A stretch of DNA of 64,000 nucleotides from Patescibacteria group bacterium (GTDB taxonomy: Bacteria > Patescibacteriota > Patescibacteriia > UBA1558 > GWA2-36-10): contig JAHJQF010000001.1 in assembly GCA_018819405.1 (NCBI GenBank), forward strand, positions 226,097 to 290,096, given 5' to 3'. Numbering within the stretch: the first letter of the stretch is position 1; each line of letters opens with the position of its first letter. Positions 63,956 to 64,000 of the stretch are shown one piece after another. The notes under the pieces were generated by a model. The model made no database searches and had not been told where the DNA came from. It saw only the letters and a program-made list of their open reading frames with translations. Both the position numbers and the translations under genes were made by a program.

Positions 63956-64000
63956 GATGTCGAATTTTTTTTAGGTATTCATTATTATTTAGGGGAATTT

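Noticed and set aside
54900-64000. Recurring repeats as a CRISPR array
   Set aside because: Repeats are long imperfect palindromes separated by whole genes, not by ~30-40 bp spacers; no cas genes.
52000-64000. Integron integrase or transposase driving the array
   Set aside because: No tyrosine recombinase, DDE or HUH motifs in any ORF in the window.

Overview
AT-rich bacterial chromosome segment. It is most likely Patescibacteria/CPR (Parcubacteria-like); this is inferred from 16S primer-site variants, unlinked 16S and 23S-5S genes, split transketolase, a short SMC, and no ftsY/ffh/rimM in the rnc-smc-rpsP-trmD run. Bases 1-50 kb are mostly core genes (translation, rRNA, 11 tRNAs, pentose/sugar-nucleotide, Dsb/VKOR, pilT, a putative B12 cluster, trpB with a Trp-leader attenuator). 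They are punctuated by self-contained GC-rich orphan genes, several families of short palindromic repeats and candidate ncRNAs. Bases ~52-64 kb form an integron-like cassette array (minus-strand orientation, no integrase inside the window). Three attC-like sites are intact, but four are split: their two arms enclose whole genes (about 0.4-1.1 kb) within one branch of the stem-loop, closed by a GCGGAC...GTCCGC stem whose extension co-varies between copies. This gene-inside-attC architecture is the most unusual signal. All calls are from reading the sequence; no searches or folding programs were run.
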